32,000 bases of DNA from Candidatus Fokinia solitaria (GCF_003072485.1 NZ_CP025989.1:90001-122000), one strand, 5' to 3'; counted from the first letter of the stretch, positions 7,767 to 18,087 are shown. A program made the numbers and translations. Notes: a model not told the origin generated them from the sequence alone.

Positions 7767-8966
7767 ATGCTTAACAAATATGATGTAGCGATTATCGGAG
7801 GAGGCGTTACAGGTATGACACTGGCACATACACTAGCTCACAATGATATGCATGTAATCCTTGTAATTGACAATGCAGATTGCACTTTACAGCAAACACA
7901 AATAAAACATGAAAAACGAAATGATAGAGCTTTTGCGCTTTCTCATAATGTTATATCATTTTTGCTGAAGAACAAGCTTTTAGATGAGTGTGATATAAGC
8001 AAAGAGAAGCGAATTGATGATATACTAGTAATAGATGAAGATGAAAAAGAATTGGTATCGATATCAAAAGCTGATAATGCTGGCAATAGTATAGGATATA
8101 TGATCTCAGAGTCAAAGCTGAGAACAACGATAGCGGATAAATTAAAAACGACTCTTCATAATGTGGAGTTATTGTTTGTGACATCCATTGATGAACTTCA
8201 TGTTGATGAAGGAGAAGTGCTTATACATTGCACCTCTGACGGAAAAAAAATTGAATGCAAGGCGAAGCTATTAGTTGCCGCTGATGGTAAGGATTCATTT
8301 GTTAGAAAGTATTTCAATATTGCTTCATATGAGAGAAGCTACATGCAAACAGCAATGTGCTTTAATATCAATCATCCGTATAGCATTAAGAATACGGCAA
8401 TAGAGAAGTTTAGCGCAAATTCCACAATTGCACTACTGCCGTATAGCTCTCCGTATGAGTCATCAGTAGTATTGATATTGAAAAATCAGAGTGCAGAAAA
8501 AATCAGTACTATATCTAACAGTGCACTAGAAAAGATATTAACTCTTGAATTGCGTAATCTATGTGGCAATGTCGAAATTACTTCAGAGATTCAATCGTAC
8601 CAGTTAATGGAAAAAAGAATGCAGAAGCTATATCACACAAGAACCGCTTTTGTAGGAGATGCTGGTCATGTAATACATCCTTTGGCAGGGCTTGGCCTTA
8701 ACCTTGGATTGCACGACGTGATCAGTTTAAGTGAATTAATACTGAGATATAACAGTGTACAGATTGATATTGGCGCAATGACGTTGTTAGAACAGTATCA
8801 CTGCGATAGAAAATTGCAGATTAATTCTGTGTCACTCATGACAAATGCAATGCACTATATTGGAGTACAAAGTAATAGCAAATTTATACGTAATATGATT
8901 AAGATAGGGATGAATGCATTCAATTGTATGAATCCGCTGAAAAGGAAGATTATGCAAAATATATAA
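7767..8966 (+). CDS. FAD-dependent monooxygenase, UbiH/UbiF/VisC/COQ6 family (ubiquinone ring hydroxylase)
   Basis: Rossmann motif YDVAIIGGGVTGMTLA, DG motif LLVAADGKDSFVR, and FVGDAGHVIHPLAGLGLNLGLHD. The start is placed at ATG 7767. The TTG at 7728 would overlap the ispE 5' end. Confidence 0.85.
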   Translation: MLNKYDVAIIGGGVTGMTLAHTLAHNDMHVILVIDNADCTLQQTQIKHEKRNDRAFALSHNVISFLLKNKLLDECDISKEKRIDDILVIDEDEKELVSISKADNAGNSIGYMISESKLRTTIADKLKTTLHNVELLFVTSIDELHVDEGEVLIHCTSDGKKIECKAKLLVAADGKDSFVRKYFNIASYERSYMQTAMCFNINHPYSIKNTAIEKFSANSTIALLPYSSPYESSVVLILKNQSAEKISTISNSALEKILTLELRNLCGNVEITSEIQSYQLMEKRMQKLYHTRTAFVGDAGHVIHPLAGLGLNLGLHDVISLSELILRYNSVQIDIGAMTLLEQYHCDRKLQINSVSLMTNAMHYIGVQSNSKFIRNMIKIGMNAFNCMNPLKRKIMQNI

Positions 8967-8977
8967 ATTTGTACTAA

Positions 8978-9736
8978 GTGATGAAGTCTAACAAGTTTGT
9001 CAATTCAGTATTGAAGCCGCTGCTGATAGCACTTCTGCTATCTTCTATTATAAGAAATTTTATCTTCGAAAATTTCGAAATACCAAGCTCTTCTATGGTG
9101 CCATCTTTGTTGGTAGGAGATGTAGTAATGGTAAGTAAATTTTCCTATGGATATGGTAATTACTCAAGTTGGATTAATCCGCATTTACATCATAGAATAT
9201 TCAATAAAAAGCCTCGTATTGGAGATGTCATTGTATTTCACTGCGGTTTAGTGAATGCACCTACGTGTATTAAGAGATTGATAGCAATGGAAGGAGATGT
9301 TGTCCGAGTGCACGGTGTCGATGTGTACGTGAATAATGTAATCGTAGAGAAAACTCAAATTGGTGATGGAGTTGAGGATTGCGATACTGGAAAATTATGC
9401 AAATATCGAGAATATACCGAAAAACTTCCAAATGGAAAAGAGTATGATGTTCGTTATAGAGAAGTGATGTATGTGCGTGAGAAGGAAGAATTTTCAATTC
9501 CAATTAGCATGATAAGAGCGGAAGGAACGTATGTAGTACCGCAAGGAAAATACTTTTTTATGGGCGATAATAGAGATAATTCTAATGATAGCAGAAACTT
9601 TAACGGCTTAGGTATGGTGGATGAGTTAGATCTTATAGGTAGAGCTGAATGTGTCATATGGAATACAGATAAGATAATAACTGCTATATCCGAAATGAAT
9701 GTCGCTAAAATGAAGGAGATTTTTAGAATATTATGA
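8978..9736 (+). CDS. lepB: Signal peptidase I
   Basis: IPSSSMVPSL (catalytic Ser box), GDVVMV, KRLIAMEGD (Lys box), GDNRDNSNDSR. GTG at 8978 is followed directly by ATG 8981. Confidence 0.9.
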   Translation: MMKSNKFVNSVLKPLLIALLLSSIIRNFIFENFEIPSSSMVPSLLVGDVVMVSKFSYGYGNYSSWINPHLHHRIFNKKPRIGDVIVFHCGLVNAPTCIKRLIAMEGDVVRVHGVDVYVNNVIVEKTQIGDGVEDCDTGKLCKYREYTEKLPNGKEYDVRYREVMYVREKEEFSIPISMIRAEGTYVVPQGKYFFMGDNRDNSNDSRNFNGLGMVDELDLIGRAECVIWNTDKIITAISEMNVAKMKEIFRIL

Positions 9737-10839
9737 ATAAGGTAGAGAGGAACGTACTTCTTATATGTGGTGGAGAATCGCCGGAGCATGAGGTATCTAT
9801 AATTTCCGGTAGAAATGTATTTAACTGCTTAAAAGATGATTTTAATGTGCTTGTAGTCACTATCAGTCGTAGCGGCATATGGTACTTACATGCGTCATTT
9901 CCTCATATTACATCGTGTGATGATGAAATGGCTGATAAATCGCAAATTTGCCATCTCATAAAGAATAACGATGGAGTGATGCTTCATACTGAAAATAAGC
10001 GCAAATATAGCATAGACGTAGCATTTCCGTTAGTACATGGTGCATCGGGGGAAGATGGTATGCTACAGGGTACATTAGAGTTATATGGCATAAAATACGT
10101 TGGTAGCAATATAGCAGGCTCGGTGATTTGCATGAACAAAATTCTGACAAGAAAGATTTTATCTTATCATGATATTGCAACAGTGCCTTTCTTGGAAATA
10201 AATGAAGAGAATTTCGTAGGGTATCATGAAGCTTCTAAGATGTTAGGAGTAGAGGATATGATTGTGAAGCCGTGTAGTTGTGGTTCTTCTATAGGAGTTT
10301 CCGCTGTACGTTCTGAAGTAGAATACGAAAACGCAATCAGAAATGCATTATTGTATAGTTCTGATGTATTGGTAGAAGTAATGATAAAAGGAATGGAGTT
10401 AGAATGTAGTGTTCTTGAAAAGATAGAAAACGGCAAGCGCACGTTATTTAGCTCAGATGCGGGACAGATAATAGTAGAAGATGGATTTTACTCATATGAA
10501 GCTAAGTATTGTAATCAGAAGAATGTCGTTACGGCAATACCTGCTTCCATTACGCATAAACAGCACGAAATTATCGCACATACTGCTGAATCTGCATTTA
10601 AAGTCTTGAAATGTAGAGGATGGGCAAGAGTAGATTTTTTAATGGATGATACTAACCTTTATGTGAATGAAATTAACACAATACCAGGTTGCACTTCGAT
10701 TAGCATGTATACGAAGTTATTAGAATCGAAAGGTATGTCACAGAAAGAAGTGTTCAAGACTTTAGTAGATGTAGCACTCAATGATAACGCAGAATTAGTG
10801 TCTTCATATCATTCAAATAGCGTGATAATGTGCAGGTAA
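9733..10839 (+). CDS. ddl: D-alanine--D-alanine ligase
   Basis: N-terminal LLICGGESPEHEVSIISG, HGASGEDGMLQG, an ATP-grasp core, and C-terminal YVNEINTIPG. The start overlaps the lepB stop (ATGA). Confidence 0.9.
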   Translation: MNKVERNVLLICGGESPEHEVSIISGRNVFNCLKDDFNVLVVTISRSGIWYLHASFPHITSCDDEMADKSQICHLIKNNDGVMLHTENKRKYSIDVAFPLVHGASGEDGMLQGTLELYGIKYVGSNIAGSVICMNKILTRKILSYHDIATVPFLEINEENFVGYHEASKMLGVEDMIVKPCSCGSSIGVSAVRSEVEYENAIRNALLYSSDVLVEVMIKGMELECSVLEKIENGKRTLFSSDAGQIIVEDGFYSYEAKYCNQKNVVTAIPASITHKQHEIIAHTAESAFKVLKCRGWARVDFLMDDTNLYVNEINTIPGCTSISMYTKLLESKGMSQKEVFKTLVDVALNDNAELVSSYHSNSVIMCR

Positions 10840-11055
10840 AAGTAATAAATCAAAGTCACGAAGCGCAAGAAAATAGTAGCAGTAGATGAGGTACAAGAGT
10901 GTACTATGCGGAAATTTATAAGTTTTTTTCATACTCTTTGATAACCTAAAAGTACAAGTTTCAACTTACGAGTATATAGAAAATAGAGTGACTTTAGTAT
11001 TTACGCCATAAATACCAGTTTATCGAAAAATGACGATGAGATGACTGAAATTGCA

Positions 11056-12342
11056 CTATCTTATTACAGCCCGTCCCTTTTTTATAAGACTGCTGTACTG
11101 AAGAGTAATTAAATAGTTTTGAATATATTGAAAAAGTTCGATAGAGACGTTTACGACTATTAGAAGACTTGTACCTCCTAAATAAAACGGTAACGAGTAT
11201 CTTGCGCCTAACATTTCCGGTACAATGCAAACAAACGATATATATGCCGCTCCTATAACATTAAGTTTTAACAGGATAGATTCTATATATCTTGCAGTAT
11301 GCTCACCAGGGCGTGTACCTGGTATAATAGCGCCATTCTTTTTTAGATTATTTGCAGTATCAGCAGGATTGAAAACGACGGAAGTATAGAAGAAGCTGAA
11401 AAAGATTATAAATATTAAGTATAACGCGATATATAATGGCTTACCATATCCAAAATTTTGCAAAAGCCAAGTCACTATCGGATTAGTAGAAGCGCTTAAA
11501 AGATTTATAACGGTAGAAGGGAAAATTAGTACAGAGCTAGCAAAAATAGGCGCTAAAACACCAGAAGTATTTATCTTTAGAGGGATGTGAGTAGAATCCC
11601 CGGAGTATATTTTATTACCAATCTGCTTTCTTGGATAAGTGACGGCAATAGGTCTGTACGCTCTTTCAAAAAATACTATGATGAAGAGAAGTACTGCAGT
11701 AAAGAATATAAAGCACAGTAATGAAAATACGGAAATAGCATTTACCTTCATCATACTAAAGAGTGAAGTGATTGAGGGGATCAAACCTGCTAAGATTCCA
11801 GAAAATATTATCATAGAACTACCATTACCTATTCCATGTTTGGTAATCTGATCGCTTAGCCATATCATGAATACAGTGCCACCTACCATGCTTATGGTAC
11901 CTACTAATCTGAAGTGAAATCCTGTTTTTATAACTATACCAGCGTTATCGATTGAAATCTGTTCTGCACCACTGACTAAAGCATAAGCTTGGAAAAATGC
12001 CAAAAGCAAAGCTAAATACTTCGTATACGAAGCGATTTTCCTTCTTCCTGTCTCGCCACCTTCTTTTTTCATTTCACTCAAGTAAGGTACTATTGCAGAT
12101 AACAGCTGCATCACGATGGAAGCAGTGATATATGGCATGATATTGAGGCCAAATATTGACATGCGTGACAAAGCGCCACCAGTAAACATATTGAAAACGC
12201 CTAATAATCCCTTTGCAGAAGCATCGTCTGCTACTTTCTTTAATACCGTCAAATCTATACCTGGAATCGTGACATAAGTTCCAAATCTGTACACTAAGAG
12301 GGCTCCTAAGACAAATAGCACTCTCTTAAGTATTGGCAGCAT
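11056..12342 (-). CDS. secY: Preprotein translocase subunit SecY
   Basis: 428 aa, 10-TM pattern. LLVYRFGTYVTIPGID near the N-terminus, GALSRMSIFGLNIMPYITASI, GRRKI loop, GIGNGSSMIIF. Confidence 0.95.
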   Translation of the reverse strand: MLPILKRVLFVLGALLVYRFGTYVTIPGIDLTVLKKVADDASAKGLLGVFNMFTGGALSRMSIFGLNIMPYITASIVMQLLSAIVPYLSEMKKEGGETGRRKIASYTKYLALLLAFFQAYALVSGAEQISIDNAGIVIKTGFHFRLVGTISMVGGTVFMIWLSDQITKHGIGNGSSMIIFSGILAGLIPSITSLFSMMKVNAISVFSLLCFIFFTAVLLFIIVFFERAYRPIAVTYPRKQIGNKIYSGDSTHIPLKINTSGVLAPIFASSVLIFPSTVINLLSASTNPIVTWLLQNFGYGKPLYIALYLIFIIFFSFFYTSVVFNPADTANNLKKNGAIIPGTRPGEHTARYIESILLKLNVIGAAYISFVCIVPEMLGARYSLPFYLGGTSLLIVVNVSIELFQYIQNYLITLQYSSLIKKGRAVIR

Positions 12343-12388
12343 CTCGTTGTAAGGGAAAAATGTTCTATATCATGCTATAGTACAATAG

Positions 12389-14236
12389 TTACAGCTTAAA
12401 GTACATTAGCAAGATTGCAATTGTAAGCACCGTAATACAGATTGCTCTAAGGGTAAATTCGATTCTTCCACGGTATATTTTTTGCAATACTTGAGAGATA
12501 AAAGTATATGCTTCTATAATTTTTGATACACCTCCATCGAGGACAGAATGCTCGATAAATATAGCTATATCAGCTATTTGATATAAGCTTCCGGCGCATT
12601 TCGCATAAAATTCTTCGAAGTAGAATTTTTTATTTACTGCAAGGTATGCAATGTTTTGAACTGTATTAGGTATAAATCGTAATGTAGTGTACTTTCGAGT
12701 CATGAGATATGCGACTATACCTCCTAATAATGTACATGCTATTGGTATGTGCTCAATTTGCGATGAGAGTGTCTGAACGTTAGTGGAAATTCTAAAGATG
12801 CTGGTGTGATATCCTACATAACCTATTATTGCCGATAATAGACTGAGGAGTATCAAAGGTGCCTTCATTTTCCATGTTTCAGTATCGCTTAAGTATTTTT
12901 GTGTGCCATTACTGTGAAAAATGATCAGCAACATTCTGAAAGAGTATATTGCGGTAAAGAATGCACTAATCAAACTTACTATATAAGCTATATAGCACAG
13001 CACACTATCGGCAGCGCTTTGATATATACCGCTTATAATCATTTCTTTAGAAAAGAATCCTCCAAATGGAAATACTCCTGTAATGGAGAAAATGCCAATT
13101 ATCATAGCGCAATAAGTAAGTGGCGTACTTCTAATAGAAAGTTTCATTTTAAAAATGTTCTGTTCTCCGTGCAGTGTATGTATGATGCTACCTGCGCACA
13201 AGAAAAGTAAGGCTTTAAAAAATGCATGAGTGATTAAGTGAAAGACTCCCGTTGAGTATAAGCGTATTCCGCATGACATGAACATATAACCGAGTTGACT
13301 GCATGTAGAGTAAGCGATGATTTTTTTAATATCAGTCTGAAAAATTGCCATTATCCCCATGAGGAAGGCAGTTATCGCGCCAACGCTTAATGTAATATTT
13401 GAAGCTATCGTTGAGTACTCAAATATCGTCTGACATTTTACGATTATAAAGATACCTGCTGCAACCATTGTTGCCGCATGTATCAATGCTGATACTGGAG
13501 TTGGTCCTTCCATTGCATCCGGTAACCATACGTGGAAAAGTATTTGCGCAGATTTGCCCATCGCACCGAGTAGAATACAGCATGCAATAATATCTATTGT
13601 AGCATCATGTTCTTGTAGTGAGCTGATATAAAGTGCGATGTTGTGAAAATCGGCACTTCCACACTTCAATACAAGTTGAATTATTCCAGCAAGAAGAAAA
13701 ATATCCGCGATTCTATTTGTAAGAAATGCTTTTAGCGCAGCTTTTGTAGCGCTGCTTTTCTCAAACCAAAAACATATTAGAAAATAAGAGCAACATCCTA
13801 CTCCCTCCCAGCCTATAAACATTTGAAGCAAATTTCCGGATATCAGAAGAAATACCATAAAGAATGTGAAAAGTGCTAAATATAGCATATATCGCTTAAT
13901 GGAAGGCTCATTACTCATGTATTCGATAGAATACAAATGTACCGCTGCGGAAACGATACAGACGACTAATAAAATTGCAGCAATTGTCGTATCTATTGTA
14001 ATGCTAAAGTCGAATTTTATATCTTCGACCTTCAGCCAACTGTAAAATGAATGCTGTATTTCTGCTGAAGAAAGGAAGATCTCATAAAAAAGTAATGCTG
14101 CGCAGAAAAGACTTAGCAAAATTCCTGTCATCGATATAAGTTCGCAATGCTTTCTAGTGGTACTACAAAAGAAGTATTGTATTATGCCACTTAGTAATGG
14201 TGCCGTTAGAGTAAGCGAAGCAAGGTATATCAGCAT
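12389..14236 (-). CDS. nuoL: NADH-quinone oxidoreductase subunit L (ND5 homologue)
   Basis: 615 aa. ND5 N-terminal block (SITIDTTIAAILLVVCIVSAAVHLYSIEYM), WEGVG, and WLPDAMEGPTPVSALIHAATMV. The long C-terminus is consistent with the lateral helix. An Mrp antiporter A/D-type paralogue cannot be fully excluded by eye. Confidence 0.8.
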   Translation of the reverse strand: MLIYLASLTLTAPLLSGIIQYFFCSTTRKHCELISMTGILLSLFCAALLFYEIFLSSAEIQHSFYSWLKVEDIKFDFSITIDTTIAAILLVVCIVSAAVHLYSIEYMSNEPSIKRYMLYLALFTFFMVFLLISGNLLQMFIGWEGVGCCSYFLICFWFEKSSATKAALKAFLTNRIADIFLLAGIIQLVLKCGSADFHNIALYISSLQEHDATIDIIACCILLGAMGKSAQILFHVWLPDAMEGPTPVSALIHAATMVAAGIFIIVKCQTIFEYSTIASNITLSVGAITAFLMGIMAIFQTDIKKIIAYSTCSQLGYMFMSCGIRLYSTGVFHLITHAFFKALLFLCAGSIIHTLHGEQNIFKMKLSIRSTPLTYCAMIIGIFSITGVFPFGGFFSKEMIISGIYQSAADSVLCYIAYIVSLISAFFTAIYSFRMLLIIFHSNGTQKYLSDTETWKMKAPLILLSLLSAIIGYVGYHTSIFRISTNVQTLSSQIEHIPIACTLLGGIVAYLMTRKYTTLRFIPNTVQNIAYLAVNKKFYFEEFYAKCAGSLYQIADIAIFIEHSVLDGGVSKIIEAYTFISQVLQKIYRGRIEFTLRAICITVLTIAILLMYFKL

Positions 14237-14296
14237 AAGTGAAGAGAACTATATTCATTGACGAGTGTGAATAAATTTATTAGAAACATCAAGGCT

Positions 14297-14347
14297 TGGA
14301 TTTCTAAAATCGTATGCGATACATGGTGATTTTTACGTCGAAATCCA
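14297..14347. promoter_or_regulatory. Three-helix nested hairpin in the nuoL/metK divergent intergenic region
   Basis: Outer stem tggatttc (14297-14304) pairs with gaaatcca (14340-14347). Middle stem aaaatc (14306-14311) pairs with gatttt (14328-14333). Inner stem gtat/atac has loop gcg. About 18 bp in total. Lies 107 nt upstream of the metK ATG and 61 nt upstream of the nuoL start on the other strand. Confidence 0.25.
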
Positions 14348-14453
14348 TAAGAAAAGTATTTATAACATCTTCGAAAACAGAGATTACATCATAGTAATTG
14401 CTTATCGTATGATGTTAATGATAAGGATTTTGATAACATAATAGTCTTGTGTA

Positions 14454-15599
14454 ATGCCTTTTTTACTCACTTCTGAATCTGTTTCAGAGGGGCATCCGGA
14501 TAAAGCTGCGGATCAAATTTCCGACGCAATCCTTGATGCGATCTTAAAGCAGGATAAAAATGCTCGTGTAGCGGCTGAAACTGTCGTGATGCGTGGACTA
14601 GTATTGCTATCCGGAGAGATTACTACTTTTGCAGATGTAGATTACTGTGGTGTAGTTCGTAATACGTTGAAAAGAATTGGATATACTGCTGGTGATTGTG
14701 GCTTTTCATCTGATACTTATCCAATATTAGTAAATTACAATAAACAGTCGGTAGATATAGCGCATGGTATACAGTGTAAGAATGATTCTGGCGAAGGCGC
14801 GGGAGATCAAGGCATTGTATTTGGTTATGCGTGTGATGAAACAAGCGTATTAATGCCTGCATCGATATATTATGCGCATTGCTTAATGAAAAAACATGCA
14901 AGTGTCAGAAAAAACGGCATGTTACAGTGGTTGAGACCAGATGCAAAAACTCAACTTACTGTGAGATATGATGAAGAAAGTGGTAAACCTATAGCTTTTG
15001 ATACTGTGATATTTTCTACGCAGCATGATGAATCTGTGAGAGATTCTGCTATTAAGCATGGTGTAATAGAAGAGATAATTAGACCAGTGCTGCCGGCGCA
15101 TATGATAGATGGAAATACGAAATTTCTCATTAATCCAGCAGGAAGATTTGTAATAGGTGGACCAATTGCAGATACAGGCTTAACGGGGCGGAAAATTGTT
15201 GTAGATACGTACGGCTGTGCTTCTCCGCATGGTGGAGGAGCATTTTCCGGAAAAGATCCGTCGAAAATTGATAGATCAGGTGCGTATTTTGCACGTTATA
15301 TTGCCAAGAATATTGTCGCTTCCAAATTAGTGAAAAAGTGCCAAGTGCAGATTGCTTATGCAATAGGAGTAGCCGCACCAGTAAGCATAAACATCAATAC
15401 ATTTGGCGTAGATGGTATCAGTGATCGTGCGTTAGAAAAGATTGTACAACAACACTTTGATCTGAGGCCGCGCGCAATTATAAAAGAGTTGAATTTATTA
15501 CAGCCGATATATGAGAAAACTGCTGTATATGGACATTTCGGACGAGAAGATGAAAGTTTTAAATGGGAAGACACAGATAAAGTACATCTGTTTAAATGA
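14454..15599 (+). CDS. metK: S-adenosylmethionine synthetase
   Basis: [77 protein letters not shown]. Intact at 381 aa. Confidence 0.95.
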   Translation: MPFLLTSESVSEGHPDKAADQISDAILDAILKQDKNARVAAETVVMRGLVLLSGEITTFADVDYCGVVRNTLKRIGYTAGDCGFSSDTYPILVNYNKQSVDIAHGIQCKNDSGEGAGDQGIVFGYACDETSVLMPASIYYAHCLMKKHASVRKNGMLQWLRPDAKTQLTVRYDEESGKPIAFDTVIFSTQHDESVRDSAIKHGVIEEIIRPVLPAHMIDGNTKFLINPAGRFVIGGPIADTGLTGRKIVVDTYGCASPHGGGAFSGKDPSKIDRSGAYFARYIAKNIVASKLVKKCQVQIAYAIGVAAPVSININTFGVDGISDRALEKIVQQHFDLRPRAIIKELNLLQPIYEKTAVYGHFGREDESFKWEDTDKVHLFK

Positions 15600-15658
15600 A
15601 TGAAGATAGAGTATGAATAAGCAGTAAATGTAATTAAATTTGATATAGAATATAGAAA

Positions 15659-16633
15659 ATGGCACAAGATATTGTTTTACTGTTCCCTGGACAGGGCTCT
15701 CAGTACGTGAAAATGGGGCAAGATTTATATGAAGAATTTTCAGTTGCACGGGAAGTTTTTGAAGAGGTGGATGATGCGCTGGAGATGAAACTCACAGACG
15801 TTATCTTTGGTGATGATATAGAGTTGTTGACTACAACATATAATGCACAACCTGCAATAATGGCAGTTTCAATGGCAGTTGTACGTATCCTTCAGAAAGA
15901 AATGAAGAAGAAATTCTATAGTAGGATTAAAGTAGTAGCTGGACATTCTTTAGGCGAATACTCAGCACTTTGTGCAGCAAATGGTCTTAGTATTCGAAAT
16001 ACTGCAAAGCTTCTGTTTGAAAGAGGGAAAATAATGTATGATGCCGCAGCATCATCTGCTGGCGGAATGTTTGCATTACTTGGCTGTTATGATATTGCGG
16101 CGATAAAGGAAATGATTGCCTCAGTTAAAAAGTGCTGTGAAGACGATAGTATATGCGAAGTAGCGAATGATAATGGTGCAGGGCAGGTAATACTTAGTTG
16201 TACAGGTGATGCATTAGTAAAACTTCCAGTTTTTGCTTTAGAAAGAGGTATTAGAAAAGTAATAAAATTAAATGTTAATATGCCGTTTCATTCCTCTATA
16301 ATGAAGGAAGCTGCTTCATGCTTTACAAAATATTTGAATGTAATAGATATTAAAGATACTGATATTCCAATAGTTACAAATTATGATGCTAAGGCGCATG
16401 TCGTTGCAAGAGAAATAAAAGAAGTAATAGCATTGCAAATGAATAACTTGGTGAGATGGAAAGAATCTATCGAATACATACTTCAATCATGTAATCCGCA
16501 TTGTTTTGTAGAGGTAGGCCCTAAAAGAGTTTTGAGCGATCTTGCGACAAGGATGCTGCCAGATGAAGCTAATATCAAAGTATTTTCTACTAGTACGTTA
16601 GAAGAAATTTCAGATTTTCTGAATATTACTTAA
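15659..16633 (+). CDS. fabD: Malonyl-CoA:ACP transacylase
   Basis: LFPGQGSQYVKMG, active-site GHSLGEYSAL, and a downstream FHS motif (NMPFHSSIM). Confidence 0.9.
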   Translation: MAQDIVLLFPGQGSQYVKMGQDLYEEFSVAREVFEEVDDALEMKLTDVIFGDDIELLTTTYNAQPAIMAVSMAVVRILQKEMKKKFYSRIKVVAGHSLGEYSALCAANGLSIRNTAKLLFERGKIMYDAAASSAGGMFALLGCYDIAAIKEMIASVKKCCEDDSICEVANDNGAGQVILSCTGDALVKLPVFALERGIRKVIKLNVNMPFHSSIMKEAASCFTKYLNVIDIKDTDIPIVTNYDAKAHVVAREIKEVIALQMNNLVRWKESIEYILQSCNPHCFVEVGPKRVLSDLATRMLPDEANIKVFSTSTLEEISDFLNIT

Positions 16634-16753
16634 AGTTCTTCTGTTTTTGTAAAGAGAAGCTTCAAGCTGCTATATGATATCGCGATAATAGCTATTTTCT
16701 AATTGTAGCATTTATAAACGCGTACTGTGATTCACTGTAGTATAAAGCAGTGG

Positions 16754-17515
16754 CTAATCAGCTACGTAATCGTTGTTTTTATATGCTACAGGAGTGAGAA
16801 AAAGTTTTTCAGGAAAAATACGAAGATCTATTTTAGAATATTTTGTTATCATCGATGGCAAATATGGACGTAACGTGGAAAGCGCTATCTTTGCATTTTT
16901 TTGCGGCAGCATGATAACTGTGCCATTCTTGCATACTATATTCCATCTCCTGCTTTCAATAAGATGAAGGTAAAGTATGTGCGATGATATATTACCGATC
17001 ACATCGTAAATTATTTTTGCATTGTAGATCTGAAATGCTGCATTTTTACCGTATACCGAAAGCTTAATCTTGGATAATGGCTCATATAAAGCCTTATTTG
17101 CAGCGCTATGGTAAGATAGTACATCTCCGTATTGATCTATCACAAGAAATGTTGATGAATCCAAGGATTCATACCATAGTGCAAAAGGCTCTCTTTTTTC
17201 AGCTAATATGATAGCGGTATTGTCAATGAAGACTCTTACTGAGAGATTGTTTAGTAACGTATTTTGAGATGTTAGCGCATAGTAGATTTGATATGCAGAG
17301 GGATGTGTATTATAAAATGTTTTTTCAATTACTGTCTGAAGATATTTAGATAATCTTCGATCATTTGAGAGAACGGTAGTACTGAAACGAAAATGATGTA
17401 CCTTATCCTCGCGAAGCACAGCAAAAAGAACAGCTGCTAAAGTGGCATAAGTTACAAAAAATAGGATATAACATACAAATATACAGCGACACCTTTCGTA
17501 GAATGCGTGCTTCAT
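16754..17515 (-). CDS. ftsQ: Cell division protein FtsQ (POTRA domain)
   Basis: N-terminal TM (IFVCYILFFVTYATLAAVLFAVL). POTRA/FtsQ-type pattern LSVRVFIDNTAIILAEKREPFALWY....FLVIDQYGDVL. The start lies 2 bp after the efp stop. Confidence 0.65.
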   Translation of the reverse strand: MKHAFYERCRCIFVCYILFFVTYATLAAVLFAVLREDKVHHFRFSTTVLSNDRRLSKYLQTVIEKTFYNTHPSAYQIYYALTSQNTLLNNLSVRVFIDNTAIILAEKREPFALWYESLDSSTFLVIDQYGDVLSYHSAANKALYEPLSKIKLSVYGKNAAFQIYNAKIIYDVIGNISSHILYLHLIESRRWNIVCKNGTVIMLPQKNAKIALSTLRPYLPSMITKYSKIDLRIFPEKLFLTPVAYKNNDYVAD

Positions 17516-17517
17516 CG

Positions 17518-18081
17518 TTAGATTCTTTCCAGGTATACGTCATCTTCTGTTCTTACACGTATTTCGTCGCCATTTTTTATGAATTGCGGCACCATTACTT
17601 TAATCGAATTATTGACAATAGCAGGTTTATACGAACTTGTGACAGTTTGTCCCTTAATAGATTCTTCGCATTCAGTAACGGTAGCAACTACCGATTCCGG
17701 TAGGGTACATGATACTATATTTCCTTCATATTTTTGCATTTTTACTATCATGCTTTCCTTTAAATAGCCTACTTTCTCTTTTCCAATCATGTTCTCATGT
17801 ACGGTGATCTGTTCGTAGCTTACGAAATTAATGAAGGATAAATTTTCTGCAATGCTGTAAAGAAACTGATACTCTTCATCTTCGATATACGCTTTCTCCA
17901 CATTCTCGCTTGTTCTGAATCGTATATTTTTTTTCGTGCTATCTACTATATCCTTTATTTCAGTTTGCATATAAGCACCCCCTTTCCCTGGCTGTACATG
18001 CATCACCTTAATGACTCTCATCAGTTTCTTCTCGTACAGCAAAATATCACCTACTCTAATATCTACGGCGGAAATCTTCAT
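17518..18081 (-). CDS. efp: Elongation factor P
   Basis: 187 aa. VGDILLYEKKLMRVIKVMHVQPGKGGAYMQTEIKDI includes the conserved PGKG loop lysine. Confidence 0.9.
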   Translation of the reverse strand: MKISAVDIRVGDILLYEKKLMRVIKVMHVQPGKGGAYMQTEIKDIVDSTKKNIRFRTSENVEKAYIEDEEYQFLYSIAENLSFINFVSYEQITVHENMIGKEKVGYLKESMIVKMQKYEGNIVSCTLPESVVATVTECEESIKGQTVTSSYKPAIVNNSIKVMVPQFIKNGDEIRVRTEDDVYLERI

Positions 18082-18087
18082 ACTAAG

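Noticed and set aside
10875-10887. Exact 13-mer agtagcagtagat shortly downstream of the ddl stop, repeated at 22878-22890 downstream of the ftsZ stop
   Set aside because: Several exact 13-mer coincidences are expected by chance in 32 kb of AT-biased sequence. There is no extended similarity or convincing hairpin around either copy.
10840-11055. Intergenic regions 10840-11055, 16634-16753, 18622-18799, 21230-21308 and 26301-26513 scanned for terminators, small RNAs and small ORFs
   Set aside because: Only weak 5-bp stems without U-tracts were found (for example cttct...agaag near 16640, and the 10-bp palindrome tatcgcgata at 16677-16686). Nothing rises above chance.
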